From Aplysia californica (lineage: Eukaryota): a DNA stretch of 64,000 bases. The notes beneath the pieces are model-generated. The model did not search any database. It had not been told where the DNA came from and worked only from the letters and a program-made list of their open reading frames with translations. The translations under genes were made by a program, and so were the position numbers. The stretch spans positions 646,005 to 710,004 of the forward strand of contig NW_004797447.1 of NCBI RefSeq assembly GCF_000002075.1. The letters are read 5' to 3'. Below, one piece after another: positions 39,191 to 52,900 of the stretch. Within the stretch, counting starts at the first letter, position 1. Each line of letters begins with the position of its first letter.

Positions 39191-40914
39191 CTGAAAGGTA
39201 AACAATCAATGGTTAACTCAATAAGGACACATATCATATGTGAGGCATTGTGGTGGAATCAGGCTCTCGTCAATTTTTGGGCATGTGGAGTTATTGGTAT
39301 CATCTGAAAGCTTGTTCACTTGTCTTTATTTGGTTGAAAAAAATATCCATTTGTCTTGAATACAAGTCGAGATATTTATGAATGAAGGAGGTGGGGGTCG
39401 CCTGTTTTCAGAGGTAAAATTAGTGAGAAAATGGCCGCCAAAGATTAGTTATTTCCCTAGCTTAAGAGTCCGTGGTAACTAAAAATTTACATTTTTTGTG
39501 CCTTTAACCAACGTTTTTCAGAAAAACCCTCACAGAAATGAGTTCTTTAATGGGCATGAAAGGTGTAGAGCCAAAAAACTAAAAGTCGATAAAAATCCAC
39601 AAACCTGCAGAAAAATGCAAGTTACTTCACTTTAATTATTTTGACGAGAGCCTGATTCCACCACGCTGCCTCACATACGTCCGACCAGCAGACCAAATTC
39701 AAAGCTGAGGCATATTTCAAACCATCCTATAAAAATTAAAAACACATACTTTATTGCATTACTTGAAAGCATGTGTTTGTTATTACCTTCCTTTTTAAGT
39801 TTCAGATAATAAATAAGACAAATACTTGTATGAAAAAAGAAGTTACTGTTTCTTTTCTAAAGTGACCCAATGTTCGTCTTCAAGGTTGTTCAATTACTAG
39901 AAAATGCGTTTTAAGCAAGTTAATGAAGGTGTCAAGTAGTCTAAGCCTCCACATGCTCGTCTGCCTTCGTTATTTCTGGTGCAGAATAGTTAACAGGCAT
40001 CTCTTCATTTTCAGACATGACACAACCCAATCAGATGTTTTCGATGCAACTGGCAATAGGTCAATAAACTCAGAGGTAGGTAAAGCCTAGACAAAAAAAC
40101 GGGTGATGAAAAGCATAAAAAGAATTGAAATAACACACTGTGGCTTTTAGGAACCAACATAATGAACTATACATCCCAGGAACCAAAATATTGAACTATA
40201 CATCCCAGGGGCCAATATAACAAGCCATGAAATCCGGGGACCAACATGATGAACAACGTAATGAACTATGGAGTCCAGTGACATTCCTCACCCATACAGA
40301 CATACACACACACAGAAACACAAACATCCATCTACAACACTCCAGCAATTTGTCCCATGCTGGGTTTTAGTCAATTAACTATTCAGTAAAGACTGCAGAA
40401 GCCCAAACTCTGCTTACTTTGTCTAGTCAGGCTTCCTAACGTTGTAGACTTGTGTTAAATGTTGAAACAGGAGAAACGCAATCCATGAGGTCATAATTAT
40501 GAGGATGTGTTACGGAAAAACTTGATAAAGATTTCTTTTTAAAATGGTTTATGTCTTCATTCCCATTGTAACAATTTAGCTCATTAAGTAGGCGGGCTAC
40601 TTCAACTCGACTTTCAAGACCTACACAAACAGTTTTGACATGCAGAAACTCAGCAAGAAGAGAGAAATACTCGATAAAATAGGCATACTTGCTTGGCAAT
40701 TGAATTCACATTTCAAGTTTGTAACGCCTCAGTGCATCTCCATCACACTAAACACTCTGGTGGAGTCTTGGCATTTACTTTGAACTTGTAAACTTGAACA
40801 TCAGCTTACCTCTAGCAAAGTTTCCTTAGCACTGCACTGTTGTATTAATCAAAGAGCACTTCAGTCCCTCTCCATACTATATGAAAGTGACACTACAAGT
40901 GCTCACAATAACAA

Positions 40915-40951
<37 letters not shown>

Positions 40952-43900
40952 AAGAAAAAAACATTGTAGGCCTACTCACTGCTGGAGTGTTGTCACTATA
41001 ACTTCAGCAGTAGGACGATCTCTCGATGTGAAGGAATCACACTGCTTGATAAGATCTTGAAGACTCTCTATACCGCTATTGGGGTCTGCTTCTTTTGTTT
41101 GGTCAAATTCCACTTGGGCTCCACCCAGAGAATTGTCAGTCTGAGAAAGCAGTTCAGACAGTACAGGGAAACACTTCATTAAATACTACAGCAAGTAACT
41201 GAACAACCTCGGGTTAAAAAAAATGGAATAAGTAAAAGGAGAAATATTGAACAATAGCGTCCTTCTTTTACTTGTTCAATTTTCATAGGGCTGAGCTGAT
41301 CATCATTCTTTCCATGTACGACTGTTTGAGATGTGTAAATTGTATGATCCTATAATTGTTTCTGATAATAACAGCATAGGTGGACAAAATGAAACAAGCT
41401 AAATGACAGATCAAAAGACACAAAAGGCCAAAATCTCAAATTGCGAGAAATGCCATTTTTCCCTATACTCTTCAAAACTATTTCCGCCCACCCACATGTG
41501 AAAAACAGACCGGAAAAGCATTAACAATCAACCCAAACGACTCTAGCACACACCTTTACTCTTCTGTGCACCAAACTCATGCCTTAGTATACAATGGAGT
41601 ACATCAAACAGTCAATCAAAATGAACTCAGATACAAAGGCTCAGTAGACTGAGGAGGAGCACGGCTCAGTTGTGTTGAAAACTTAATTACTTTCAATTCT
41701 CAATATGAACTGATCAATGAATTATTCACATGGAAAATCTGTACAACCAAGCTGTAAGTTAACTACTTACAGCAAGAACGTATCTGAAAATACAGTGAAA
41801 CCTTAGAATCAAATAAGGGGGTGAAATAATTTACCTTGTTATCCAGAAGGTAAAACTAGGCAGTGAGCAATTTGCTTTTACCAAAGACTTAGGTAAATAT
41901 GGCCTACATTAATCCTAGATAAAAATATGAGAACAAAAATTTACCCTGTCATTCAGTTTGTCCTTGGCTTTGTCATGAACAGCTAGAACATCCCGCATGA
42001 AAATGCCAAAACAGTACACGTCACTTGCCGGGGAGAAGAGACCTCCCCTCTTCACCTCAGGGGCAGCCCTGATATAAAATATAGCAGGATGAAATGTGAG
42101 GCAACATGGTTAAATCAGGCACTCCTCAAAATAATGAAATTGAAGAAACTAACATTTTCCCGCAAGTTCGGCTATTTTTATCAAATTTGGGGGGGGGGGG
42201 GGGGGGGGGGCTAAACATCTTTTATATCCAATCAAGAACACATTTCTGTTCGGATTTTATTGAAAAACATTGATTAATGGCACAAAAAATGTATGATTTC
42301 AGTTACCACGGGCTCTCAAGCTATGAAAATAACCAAACTTAAGAGGCCATTTTCTCTCTAATTTAACCTTTTAAACAAGGCGACCTCCACCTCCTTAAAT
42401 TGCGGATATCTTGGCTTTTTTAAGATAAATGGGTATTTTTTTTCATTGACGGCAAGACAAATGAACGAGCTTTAAGAAGACAACAATAACTCCTCATGAC
42501 CAAAAATTGACAAGCGCCTGATTCCACTGCATCATAACCCAAATTAATGCTCTCCTGGGAAAAGAAGAAAGCGAAAGAGGCAGACACAGATCAATATCAA
42601 GTTAAGAGAACTTGTGTGAATGGATAATGTGTAAAGACTAGAACAATATATAGGTATTCTTTAGAGCATCCAAGCAGAATAAAGCGTATTGAACCATGAT
42701 TGTCGGTAGGCCTATATAATTCAAATCTGGCACAAGAAGGAGAAGAATATTATCATAGATGAAGAAAAATGTGCTGCTATTTGGCCTTTCCTGACTGATT
42801 ATTTTCTTAAGGAGAATATAGAAAGAGAGATTGAATAGTGATGAAAACCCTACATTATACTCCCGCAAAATAACCTCAGTTAAATTAATTAAAGGTCAAC
42901 AGTCACCAAATTTTGCATGGAGTCTAATGTAAGTTGTTTTTGTAAGTTGAACAAGTTTTAGGAAAAAAAATGTATGTCAAGGGTGGTTACTCTACTATTT
43001 TTAATTCATTCAACTGCTTTTTATGCTAATATTTATAATACTAATAATGAAGATCATTTCTATAGATCTAAGCGCTTTACATAAATGTATGTACGAACAA
43101 TATTCGGGCACGCACGCAGGCACGCATGCATGCACGCACGCACACACTAACACACATACACAAACACACACACACACTCACGCACACATGTGCCCACACA
43201 TGCATGCCAAACATACGTGCACGCACACACACATACACACACACAAACATACATCTACTTGCTTTTCACACGCGCACGCGCACGCTTACACATCGTTACG
43301 AAATGAGCACATACAAATAGTACAAATACATAATAAAATTATATACACAATGCAATTCGTAAAATATATAGATGGATACATAGTCATTTACATAACATTG
43401 TACTGAACATAAATCTACTGATATAAAAATGATATCATATGAAGTCTTTGTTTCCGCTATTTAAAAGTCGGAGGCAAGCTTTTGGGGTTATAGTGAGACA
43501 TAGTGTACTAGGTTTAGGTGACTGTAGAAAAAAACTCTGGGAAACGGTGAAAAAAATTCAGGGCTTAAAGAGTTAAAGATATTTTAAATTTACACTCAGA
43601 TGTTGTATGTCTCAAGCGTTGGTGAAGAGAGTTTCAAACTGATGGAGCAAGGTGGGCAAACGTTTTTAGAAACTGAGTCTACAATTTTCTTCCTTTAGGT
43701 CTTTTCAGTTTTAGTAGAGGTTCTACGGCGGTCACAACTGCATATCCTTTAGGTCTGCTTTTGTCGAAAAACATAAAACACAGTGATAATTCTGCCTCAA
43801 AAAAACAAGCCATGTCGGTCAGAAAATAATAGAAGGCAAGCGTTCAAAACGCTCCAGGCTGGAAGTACTAGGCGAGATGTGGCTCAAAGGCTCAATCACC

Positions 43901-46900
43901 ACAGAAACAGCACTAGACATTAGTGGGCATATGTCAGGGTATCTAGAATGACAAATGATTGACCTCGAAGAATCAGGCCTCAGATCAGTTTTAGTTTTAG
44001 TAAGAGTTTTGCGGCACTTGCAACACAATAAGGTCACATAAGCGCCGAAGATTAGAGGTGTTACAAGACAAACATAAAAAAGAAGGAGGGAAGATAAAGA
44101 CGATAGATTTTTTATAGGAAAGAAGGAGCAGAACACAACTCAGAAGCAAGACTGACACATCCGCAGCATTCATCCCCTGAATACAGTGCATCCTGCATCA
44201 CTGCCGCATGTAATGTCCCTCAATTAAGACTTATCTGAGAGAGAACTGACCAGCCCCAAACCTTAGATGAACTTGAGCAAAAGCTAGAAAGAACCTACCG
44301 GCAGACCCCCCACCTGTTCATCGAACAACTTATCTTTTCCATGCATCAACGATGTAAAACAGTTAATCAGTCATCAATGTTGCAGGTGGCCACATGTGGT
44401 ACTGATTTTATGAATTTGGAAATTGAGAGGGTTCAACTAGTGATAGATGTTATTTGAGCAAAAATGAACACTTCAATAAAAATCGTTTATCCCCATGACT
44501 TCTTCTTTGATGTGCATGGCGTTTAGAAATGTAATGGATTCTCTACGAAAAAATTGTCTACAAATAAAGCATTTGATTTCTATGCACACTTGCTTTTTTA
44601 GTGAGTACCTACCTACCAGTCTATCTGTTTGTCTATCAGATGAAAACTACACACATGCATGGCGATACACANNNNNNNNNNNNNNNNNNNNNNNNNNNNN
44701 NNNNNNNNNNNNNNNNNNNNNNNNNNNNNNNNNNNNNNNNNNNNNNNNNNNNNNNNNNNNNNNNNNNNNNNNNNNNNNNNNNNNNNNNNNNNNNNNNNNN
44801 NNNNNNNNNNNNNNNNNNNNNNNNNNNNNNNNNNNNNNNNNNNNNNNNNNNNNNNNNNNNNNNNNNNNNNNNNNNNNNNNNNNNNNNNNNNNNNNNNNNN
44901 NNNNNNNNNNNNNNNNNNNNNNNNNACATACACATGGCAGATACAGAGATAATTTCAGCATGGATACCTGTCAGAGACTTCTGAATCTTCTGGAACATTC
45001 TTGTCTTCTGGAATGTTTCCCTCTGTGTAGCTACGAGAATAGTTCAGGTGTGTCAGAGAAGTGAAATACACCTGTGAGAACAAGCAAATAACTTCACAGA
45101 GTATAACAGTTCAAAGCTCACAGACCTTCTCCTCTTCCATCTGACAGCTGTCCACAATATCTCTAATCTCTTCAATCATCTGCTCATTCCATTTGAATAC
45201 ATCACAGGACTTCCACAGCATTAGACTGTAAGGGATCAAAATAAATCATTTTCATAACTTTGTCTCTGGTCTCTGCCCATTGCCAAGTACCCATTTGCAG
45301 CACAGTATTTTGGAGACATAACATAAAGGAACTTTTTTAAATGGGACAATTAAGTTATTTTATCATTACAAGACATCATAAAGTTTAGACAACAACAGGA
45401 GAAGCATCCGCTGCAACTGATTTTCTAGCTCACACACTGGAACAATTTGAAGTGATCATCATAAGGTTTAGAATATAGACAACTACAGCACAAACACGTG
45501 GAAGGTCGGATGTTTGAGGGTGTCGATACATGTAGTAGGTCTACCTACTACTTCTCTTTCCATCAGATATTTCTGTACGTATTACTTTTTCCCTTATCTT
45601 GTATTTCTCTGGGAGGAAAAGACTACAGGAACACATTTTCTGGACAGAGATACCCAGCAACCCAGAATGTAGACAATAATAATTGCAAAACAAACACTTC
45701 CAACTCTGGTGACAAAACATTGCCAACTCACGCAACTTTCAAGAAAGAGACAAAATAATGTCGTCTCTTCACCCTGTTTTCCTCATGTAGAAAAGACAGC
45801 CTACTCACTCTAAATTTGAGAAGAGACTCTTCAAGTGTAGTTCCAAACAGAGATCTCCCATGACTCACAGGGCTGAATGGAGACAACAGCAGAACAAACA
45901 CTACTAACTGAGGTGATGAAACATTGCTTACCCAACCCAACTTCCTTGTGAAGAACAGACTGAACAAAGCTTACTCCCCATGACCAGAGAAGAGACCTTG
46001 AGTTTACTTCTTGGACAGAAATCCCCAACGTTCAATGTCACATAATGTGGACCATTGCAGAACAAGCATAACCAACTTTGGTGACTAAACATTGTCCATT
46101 CATCCAATTTTCAAGGGAGTAATGGAACTTTGTCTACTCACCTTGACTTCCTCTGAGGGAAGAGACTCTACATAAGTATTTCCTGGACAGAGATCCCCGA
46201 TGACCCAGGATAATGTGTGCAGCTTGACCAGTAGTCGGGCCACTAGAAGGAAGCAATAGACATAGGGGCCAAGCTCTTGACCCATTTTCAGGTCAGAGGT
46301 CACATTGGACATAGGCCCAAGGCATGAGGATGGGATCTTAATTTCCTGAAAAGAGATGCAGAGCAAAAGCTCAATGAATTTCACAAGGCGCTAAGCCATC
46401 CCTCATCACAGTACTGCTTGTGATGGTTCCGACAACAATCTATATCCTGACATATAGTGAAAACGGTATAGAAGGGTATGGCTAATAATCTAGACTATTT
46501 GTGCTATGTATTTTAATCTATGGTACTAAGATATTCAACTGCCTGGTGTTTATAAAAAGCATCATAAAACAAATAATATGAAGGTGAAGTTATTAGCATT
46601 TGAGTGAAAGAAAGATCGTGGCGTTCATGAAAATAAAATGAATGGATAAATGACTGAGCATAACACAGAGGAGTGAATTAATTCACAAGTTTATTTCTTA
46701 CGAGTCCTTAAAATATTTAAGGCAAGTTACAATTACAGTTAAGCGACGAAATCATGCACCAATAAGAATAAACCGACTAGGAGAATCTATTAACCCTTTG
46801 AGCCCTGTCCCCTCAACTTGCAGCAGTTGAACAACCTAGCTCGCACTGATTGACAGCTAGTTTTATATCACAGCACGCTGAGGAGTATCATCAGTGCACA

Positions 46901-49900
46901 CAAGGGTACAGGTAATACCTGATTACACTACAGGATTAAGAGAGACTGTAAAAAAAGAGTTGTTAACTGTCAGCTGGTACAATAAAAGCTACATTTCAGA
47001 AGGAACAAATTGTGACAGCAATAACACTGAGATGAAGTCGAAGTGGCAAACCAAACTAGGGTAACTCATGACCACCATCTTCATTTTGGTTAGCTGAATC
47101 GCTCTTGGTATTATATTCACAGTAGCTCAATCGCAAATGACTACGCTTATACGATGTCAGATATAGCTTAAACTGCTAATGGGTACATTATGTCTGAAAC
47201 AGTTAAAATTGCTAATGGGAATATTACATCCAGAATAGATAAATTGTTCCTGGGTATATAATACCCAAAATACGTAAAATTGCTAATGGGTACATTAAAA
47301 TATCCAGAATAGATGAATTACTCCAGGGTACATTATAATTATATACAGACCACAGCACATAACTCACCACATGTGGAAATTCTCTTTCATTCTCATAGAC
47401 CAGTACCACTGGCAGGACTTCTTTCACTTCGCCCAACTGTATTTTCACGATCATGTCTGAAGGCCATTTGTGCAGAAGTTTCTCTGTGAAAACATACTGA
47501 TCTTCCTGGGGACAAGATACATTCTATTTACAGGACAATGGAATCTGATTGATTTTTAGGCTTGGTGTGACAAATGAAGTTATATGTATTTAACTCTTTG
47601 TATGTCAGACTGTTTTGAAGTTTGCGCCACGCTTATGGGCTCAACATTGAAAGTGGTGTCAGGAGAGGTCAGTCACTGAACATTTTCCATTCCAGAAATC
47701 AGAACTGATACTTATTACTTTGCCAGGAGACACGACACAACTAAAAAGAAAATGATTAATTTACTGCGTGATCGATCATTGAATAGTTTCAGAGTTTAGC
47801 ATCCTAAGGAAACTGTTTCGGCTGGTAAAACTAATAACACATTGGACCTACTGTCTCTGCAAAGGTTTTGGTTTTATATATATTTCAATAGTAATCATAA
47901 AAAAATATAAACAAGTTTGAGAGGAATGCAAGTCATCACTCTTGTGACAAAGAAATGTTTAACTCTTTACCTCCGATGGGGGTAAATCCACTACGGCAGG
48001 GCCCTTTTTTGGTGTTAAATCTAAACATGACAGAAACGTCATTAAATCGAAACTAGCAAACCTATTTTGATAGTTCTTCCTATAATGAATGAACTTTCGG
48101 TATAAGAGACCTGTTTTCGGCAAGTCGAAGTCGTCGTAAAGGAATATGCCCACTGTCAGCGGCTCATCGGCACAGTATTTCCGACCGCGAGTCACTGGGA
48201 GCAGCTTTTTCCGGAGATAAAGAGTTAAAGCAATAATACCTTTGAAACCGTTTTTGTTAATCAACAAAGTCACTACTCAGCGCAAGACTCCATCATACGT
48301 CTTCTTTCTTCAAAGAAACGTATGGCAGAGTCTTACACTAAGCAGCGGAGATGTTAACTGCCAAAGCCCCCCCCCCCCTTAGGGCAGTGCTACTGACTGA
48401 AGAATCTTAAAACCATTCTCAAAGGGGGGGGGGGAATCAACATGTTCTTATGTACAGTAAAATTGTAAACGGGCTGATTTATCAATGTCATGCTAATACT
48501 GTGCCGGAACAACATAGGGGGAGCAGCCGCTTTTTCTTTCCTCATCCTTATTATCGTATTTTTTCCCTCTACTTTTTTTGTATATGTTGTGAACTGCTAT
48601 TTCCAGAGTGCCTTGAAAGTCGAAGCAGACTTGTGCTGTTGAGGCTAGAGAGGTGAGCAGAGTAAGCCTGAGTCCCCGTTTGGACTTCTCTGTTGACATC
48701 CATCCCTTGGCGTTCATATGACCTTATGCAGTTGCAAGCGCCGTAAAAGCTTACTAAACAACATAACTGCCAAAAAAAGATAAACCCACTGCAAACACAC
48801 AGTATCAGAACAGTACATGAACTAACTGTAAGACTGAGTATTTTATTTCTACAAACATTGCTCAGATGAAAACATCTTGGAAACATTGCAGAATATCATT
48901 TTAAAAAGTACATAGGTATATATATATATTTTTAAAAAATTACTTTTTTAAAACTTTCTACACAAAACATGTAAGGGTCATTCCTGTAGCTTTTGAAAAA
49001 CATTTTCTGCTTGTAAGAAGACATTTTAAATTTTGCGCAAAAATAGAGTACTCTGAGAGAAAACAACTTCACATTAGTTAGTCTTACCAAAGTGCAGCGG
49101 GATATTCTGTCAGATACTGACACAATATCCTTCTTAATGGGCACTACTGTTGGAATGTAGAAATCTGGATTGAGATATAAATATGGTGGGGGGGGGGGGG
49201 GGGGGAGAGAGAGATTAGGCTACGTTAACATATGGACTGATACAATCCTAAAAAAATAAAACAATCTGTGAGGTCATAAAATCATACTTTGATAGCTTTC
49301 TCAAATGCTGAAGGTGGCTTTTCGGCTTACAAAGCACATTATGTAAAGAGATTTCAAAACTTAAGCAGTGGTGCATTAATCTGATCAGTTATTTCTACAA
49401 ACTTTTGATGATTTTGTGTACCCACATTAGAATTGTGAGAGCTTTTTCTTTCTTACTTTGAAAAGATTCCGAAACTTTGACAGCTTTTTCTAAAGTTTAC
49501 AGTTTGCCAATAACAAAATATTCATAATGACAAGGGCAACAGAAAACAATCAAATGACACCTAGCAGAAGGAGAAAGATAAAAAAAACAAATATAAAAGA
49601 TGAAATAAAACAGAAACATGACCAGTCTGTTCATATGAGCCCAGGTCAAAAGGTGACAAAATGTTCCCATTTCTTAGTAAGGTTATTCAGCACCAACATT
49701 GCTTCTATTTACAAGAGAAAAGTGTGCTCCACCTTAACTGACAAGTTTTGGAATAGTTTTTATCAACCTTTCGCGAGAAAACAACCAAATGCTTGGCTAT
49801 CTAGACGGTGTCCCGTGTGACAGATGACACAATAGTTTCCTTCCAAAAGGCAATTTGAGCATGCACATATATGTTTTTCTTGCATGAGATTATTGATTAT

Positions 49901-52900
49901 ATGTATAATCAACTAACAAATGCCAAGTTGACAGAAAACTTAACAATTTTATTGGGTTTGGGTGTGCATGTTCGTGGTCAAAAGTCAAATGTTCTCTCTC
50001 TATGTGTGAGGCATCGTTGTGAAACCAGAAGCTCGTCAAGATAATATAATGAAAAAAAACAGCACTTCTCTACCCGTTGGAGAATTTTTATTGATATTTC
50101 GTTTTTTAGCTAAACACTTATGTCTTTTTTAATAATCTGTCTGCCCCGCTCAATATCAGCCGTAAGACGCACTGTGCTATTATCAGCTATGAGCCTCGAA
50201 AGGCAAAAAATTGACTTTCTGTGAAATTTTTCTTTTTTTGATATATAGAAAGTTTGAAGTCTTCTGGTGGATTTAAGATAAAATAAACAACTTTAATTGA
50301 ATATAAATATTTTATTTTGATTTATTTTGGAGGTGTGTGTGGTTTGTTGCGAGCTTGGGTGACGAGATAAAGGAATTTGGACCTAGCTAGTGTGTAGTTG
50401 TGAGACTATTTTTAGAACCATTACCTCATGGCCACCTTTGCTTCAACCAAAGATTCTCCAGCGGAAAATCTTTGCTCCAACGTTTTTCATTCGCAACTAT
50501 TTTTAGATTTTGACCCCTTTTCGAGCATGAATGGTCTGAAATGTAAATAACTTTGATTGGTAAAACGGAGTAAAAACGGTAACTTCTAGCTCACTTCAAC
50601 AGCTGACTGTGTGGGCGTGCCCTCATAGCTGTTATCGTCTGTTGATTTTTCAGTTTTTCACTTGGATTGACTTGAAAAAATCGTTTTTCTTGTGTTTTAG
50701 TGCTTTTAAAATATTAATTGACCTTCCTCTAGATCTCTCAGAGTGGACTCCTTACCAACAGGCNNNNNNNNNNNNNNNNNNNNNNNNNNNNNNNNNNNNN
50801 NNNNNNNNNNNNNNNNNNNNNNNNNNNNNNNNNNNNNNNNNNNNNNNNNNNNNNNNNNNNNNNNNNNNNNNNNNNNNNNNNNNNNNNNNNNNNNNNNNNN
50901 NNNNNNNNNNNNNNNNNNNNNNNNNNNNNNNNNNNNNNNNNNNNNNNNNNNNGTGCTATTGCAAACGTATAATAAGGTAGCGTAAACATGTAGGGAACAT
51001 TGACCGGCAGGGACACAAATATATATTTATGTGGATTTCACTTTTTCAAAAGTTCAAAGGCACAAAAAAGGTAAATATACAGTTTCCAAGGACTCTCAAG
51101 TTTTGGAAGTCTCCTAACTTTGACGGCAATTTTCTCGCTAATTTTACCTCTCTACCAAGTGACCCGAACCTCATTTATAAACATATAACTCGACTTCTAT
51201 TAAAGATAGAAGCGTATTTTTTCATCAAAAGCAAGGCAAAAGAACAAGCTTTAAGATGATACAAGCAACTTCATATGCCTACAAACTGACGAGAGCCTGA
51301 TTCCACCACGTCGTGACGCATGTACTTTATAAAAATGTATCCAAAGGTCATACTTCACCTACTCTATCCACATTTACAACAGATGTCAGTTTTTTCATTC
51401 GTAGAAGAAAAAGGAATGTGACCCAGTAGAACTGAAGACAACAGCTCTGAAGACAATTGACTCCTGCCCTAGTGATTCAATTCATATTTATACAGACGGG
51501 TCAGCCTTCAAGGGAACTATAAACGCAGGCTTTGGGGTAAGAATTGAACATCCTGACAAAACATGTGAAGAGCTATTTGATGCATGTGGTACTTCTTGTA
51601 CAAATTACGAGGCTGAGGCAATCGCCATTGAAGCAGCAATCCTACACCTGACCAACATTTTCATAATACATCCAAACAAAATCAAGAACACTATTATCTT
51701 CACAGACGGAAAGTCAGTACTCCAAGCTCTGGAAAACATGAATTTCGAAAGCCCAGCCTGCCTATCCGTGGCTCAAATAATCAATACGTTCATACAGACC
51801 TATGCCGTCGACCTGACACTACAGTGGATACCTGGCCACAGCAACATCCCAGGAAACGACAGAGCAGACACCCTTGTCAAGAAGGGAGCATCACAGACAC
51901 AACCTCACAACCCAGTATCACAACAGACAGCCAAGAACATCATCAAATGCAACACCAGGGAACAGTGGCTGAATGGATGGGCAATGGGCAAAACTGGAAG
52001 AACTGTATTTGCACACATGACAGTCCCCAACTCTAAAGATGCAATAAATTCCCTGAGTAGAAGAGAACAAGTCACGATATTTCGCCTGCGAACACAACAC
52101 ATACCACTAAACTCCTACCTTAATAGGATCCGCAAGGATACCCCACCCGACTGCCCGTTGTGCGACTGCCAGGATGAAACAGTACCACACCACCTCTTTA
52201 ACTGCCCAGCACTTTGTGACCTGCGTAGCACCTACCTACCTGCCTCCCCAGACATCGGAAACAGCTGATTAAAACCTGTCAATTCTTTGCCATATTGACA
52301 GACCGAAGGGCTAGAACCCAAATGGCCGCTGGATCGGAAAAGTAAAGTAAAGTTCATTCGTAGAAGTATATAGATAAAAAAGTACATTTTTACCTTGCCT
52401 ACTCTGTACTATTACTATCACTTGAACATTATTATATCAAGAAACTAATGTCACCTTGTGCCTCCAAACAAATAAATCAAGAACCGGTCTTCCCTTCCAT
52501 TTGTATATTAACCCCTTCACTTCTTTAGCCAGCAACAGTGTTAGGCTCTTTTGTAGTGGTTTTTAGATGTCCTGGCAGCAAAAGGGTTAACATATCTAAG
52601 ACTGGACATAAACACATTCATACTCAAAGTCAATGAAAAAAGAAACAGATATGGACTGCAGTCAAAGCTCAGAGACTCAACCTGTTGGACTCGAATGCAT
52701 GCCAAAACACAACTACCTTTACCCTTCTGTGCACTGAACGCACTATTGAGAGTATAATGGGATAGACATAACTGTTGATACACAGAAGGTGAGATGTACA
52801 AGTCCTGTAGGCAAAGGGGAGCAGGGCTCAAGGTGACAACAAAGAATTTAAGATACCTCATCAAAAAAACCCAAAAAATACAGACATCAGAGAAGCAATT

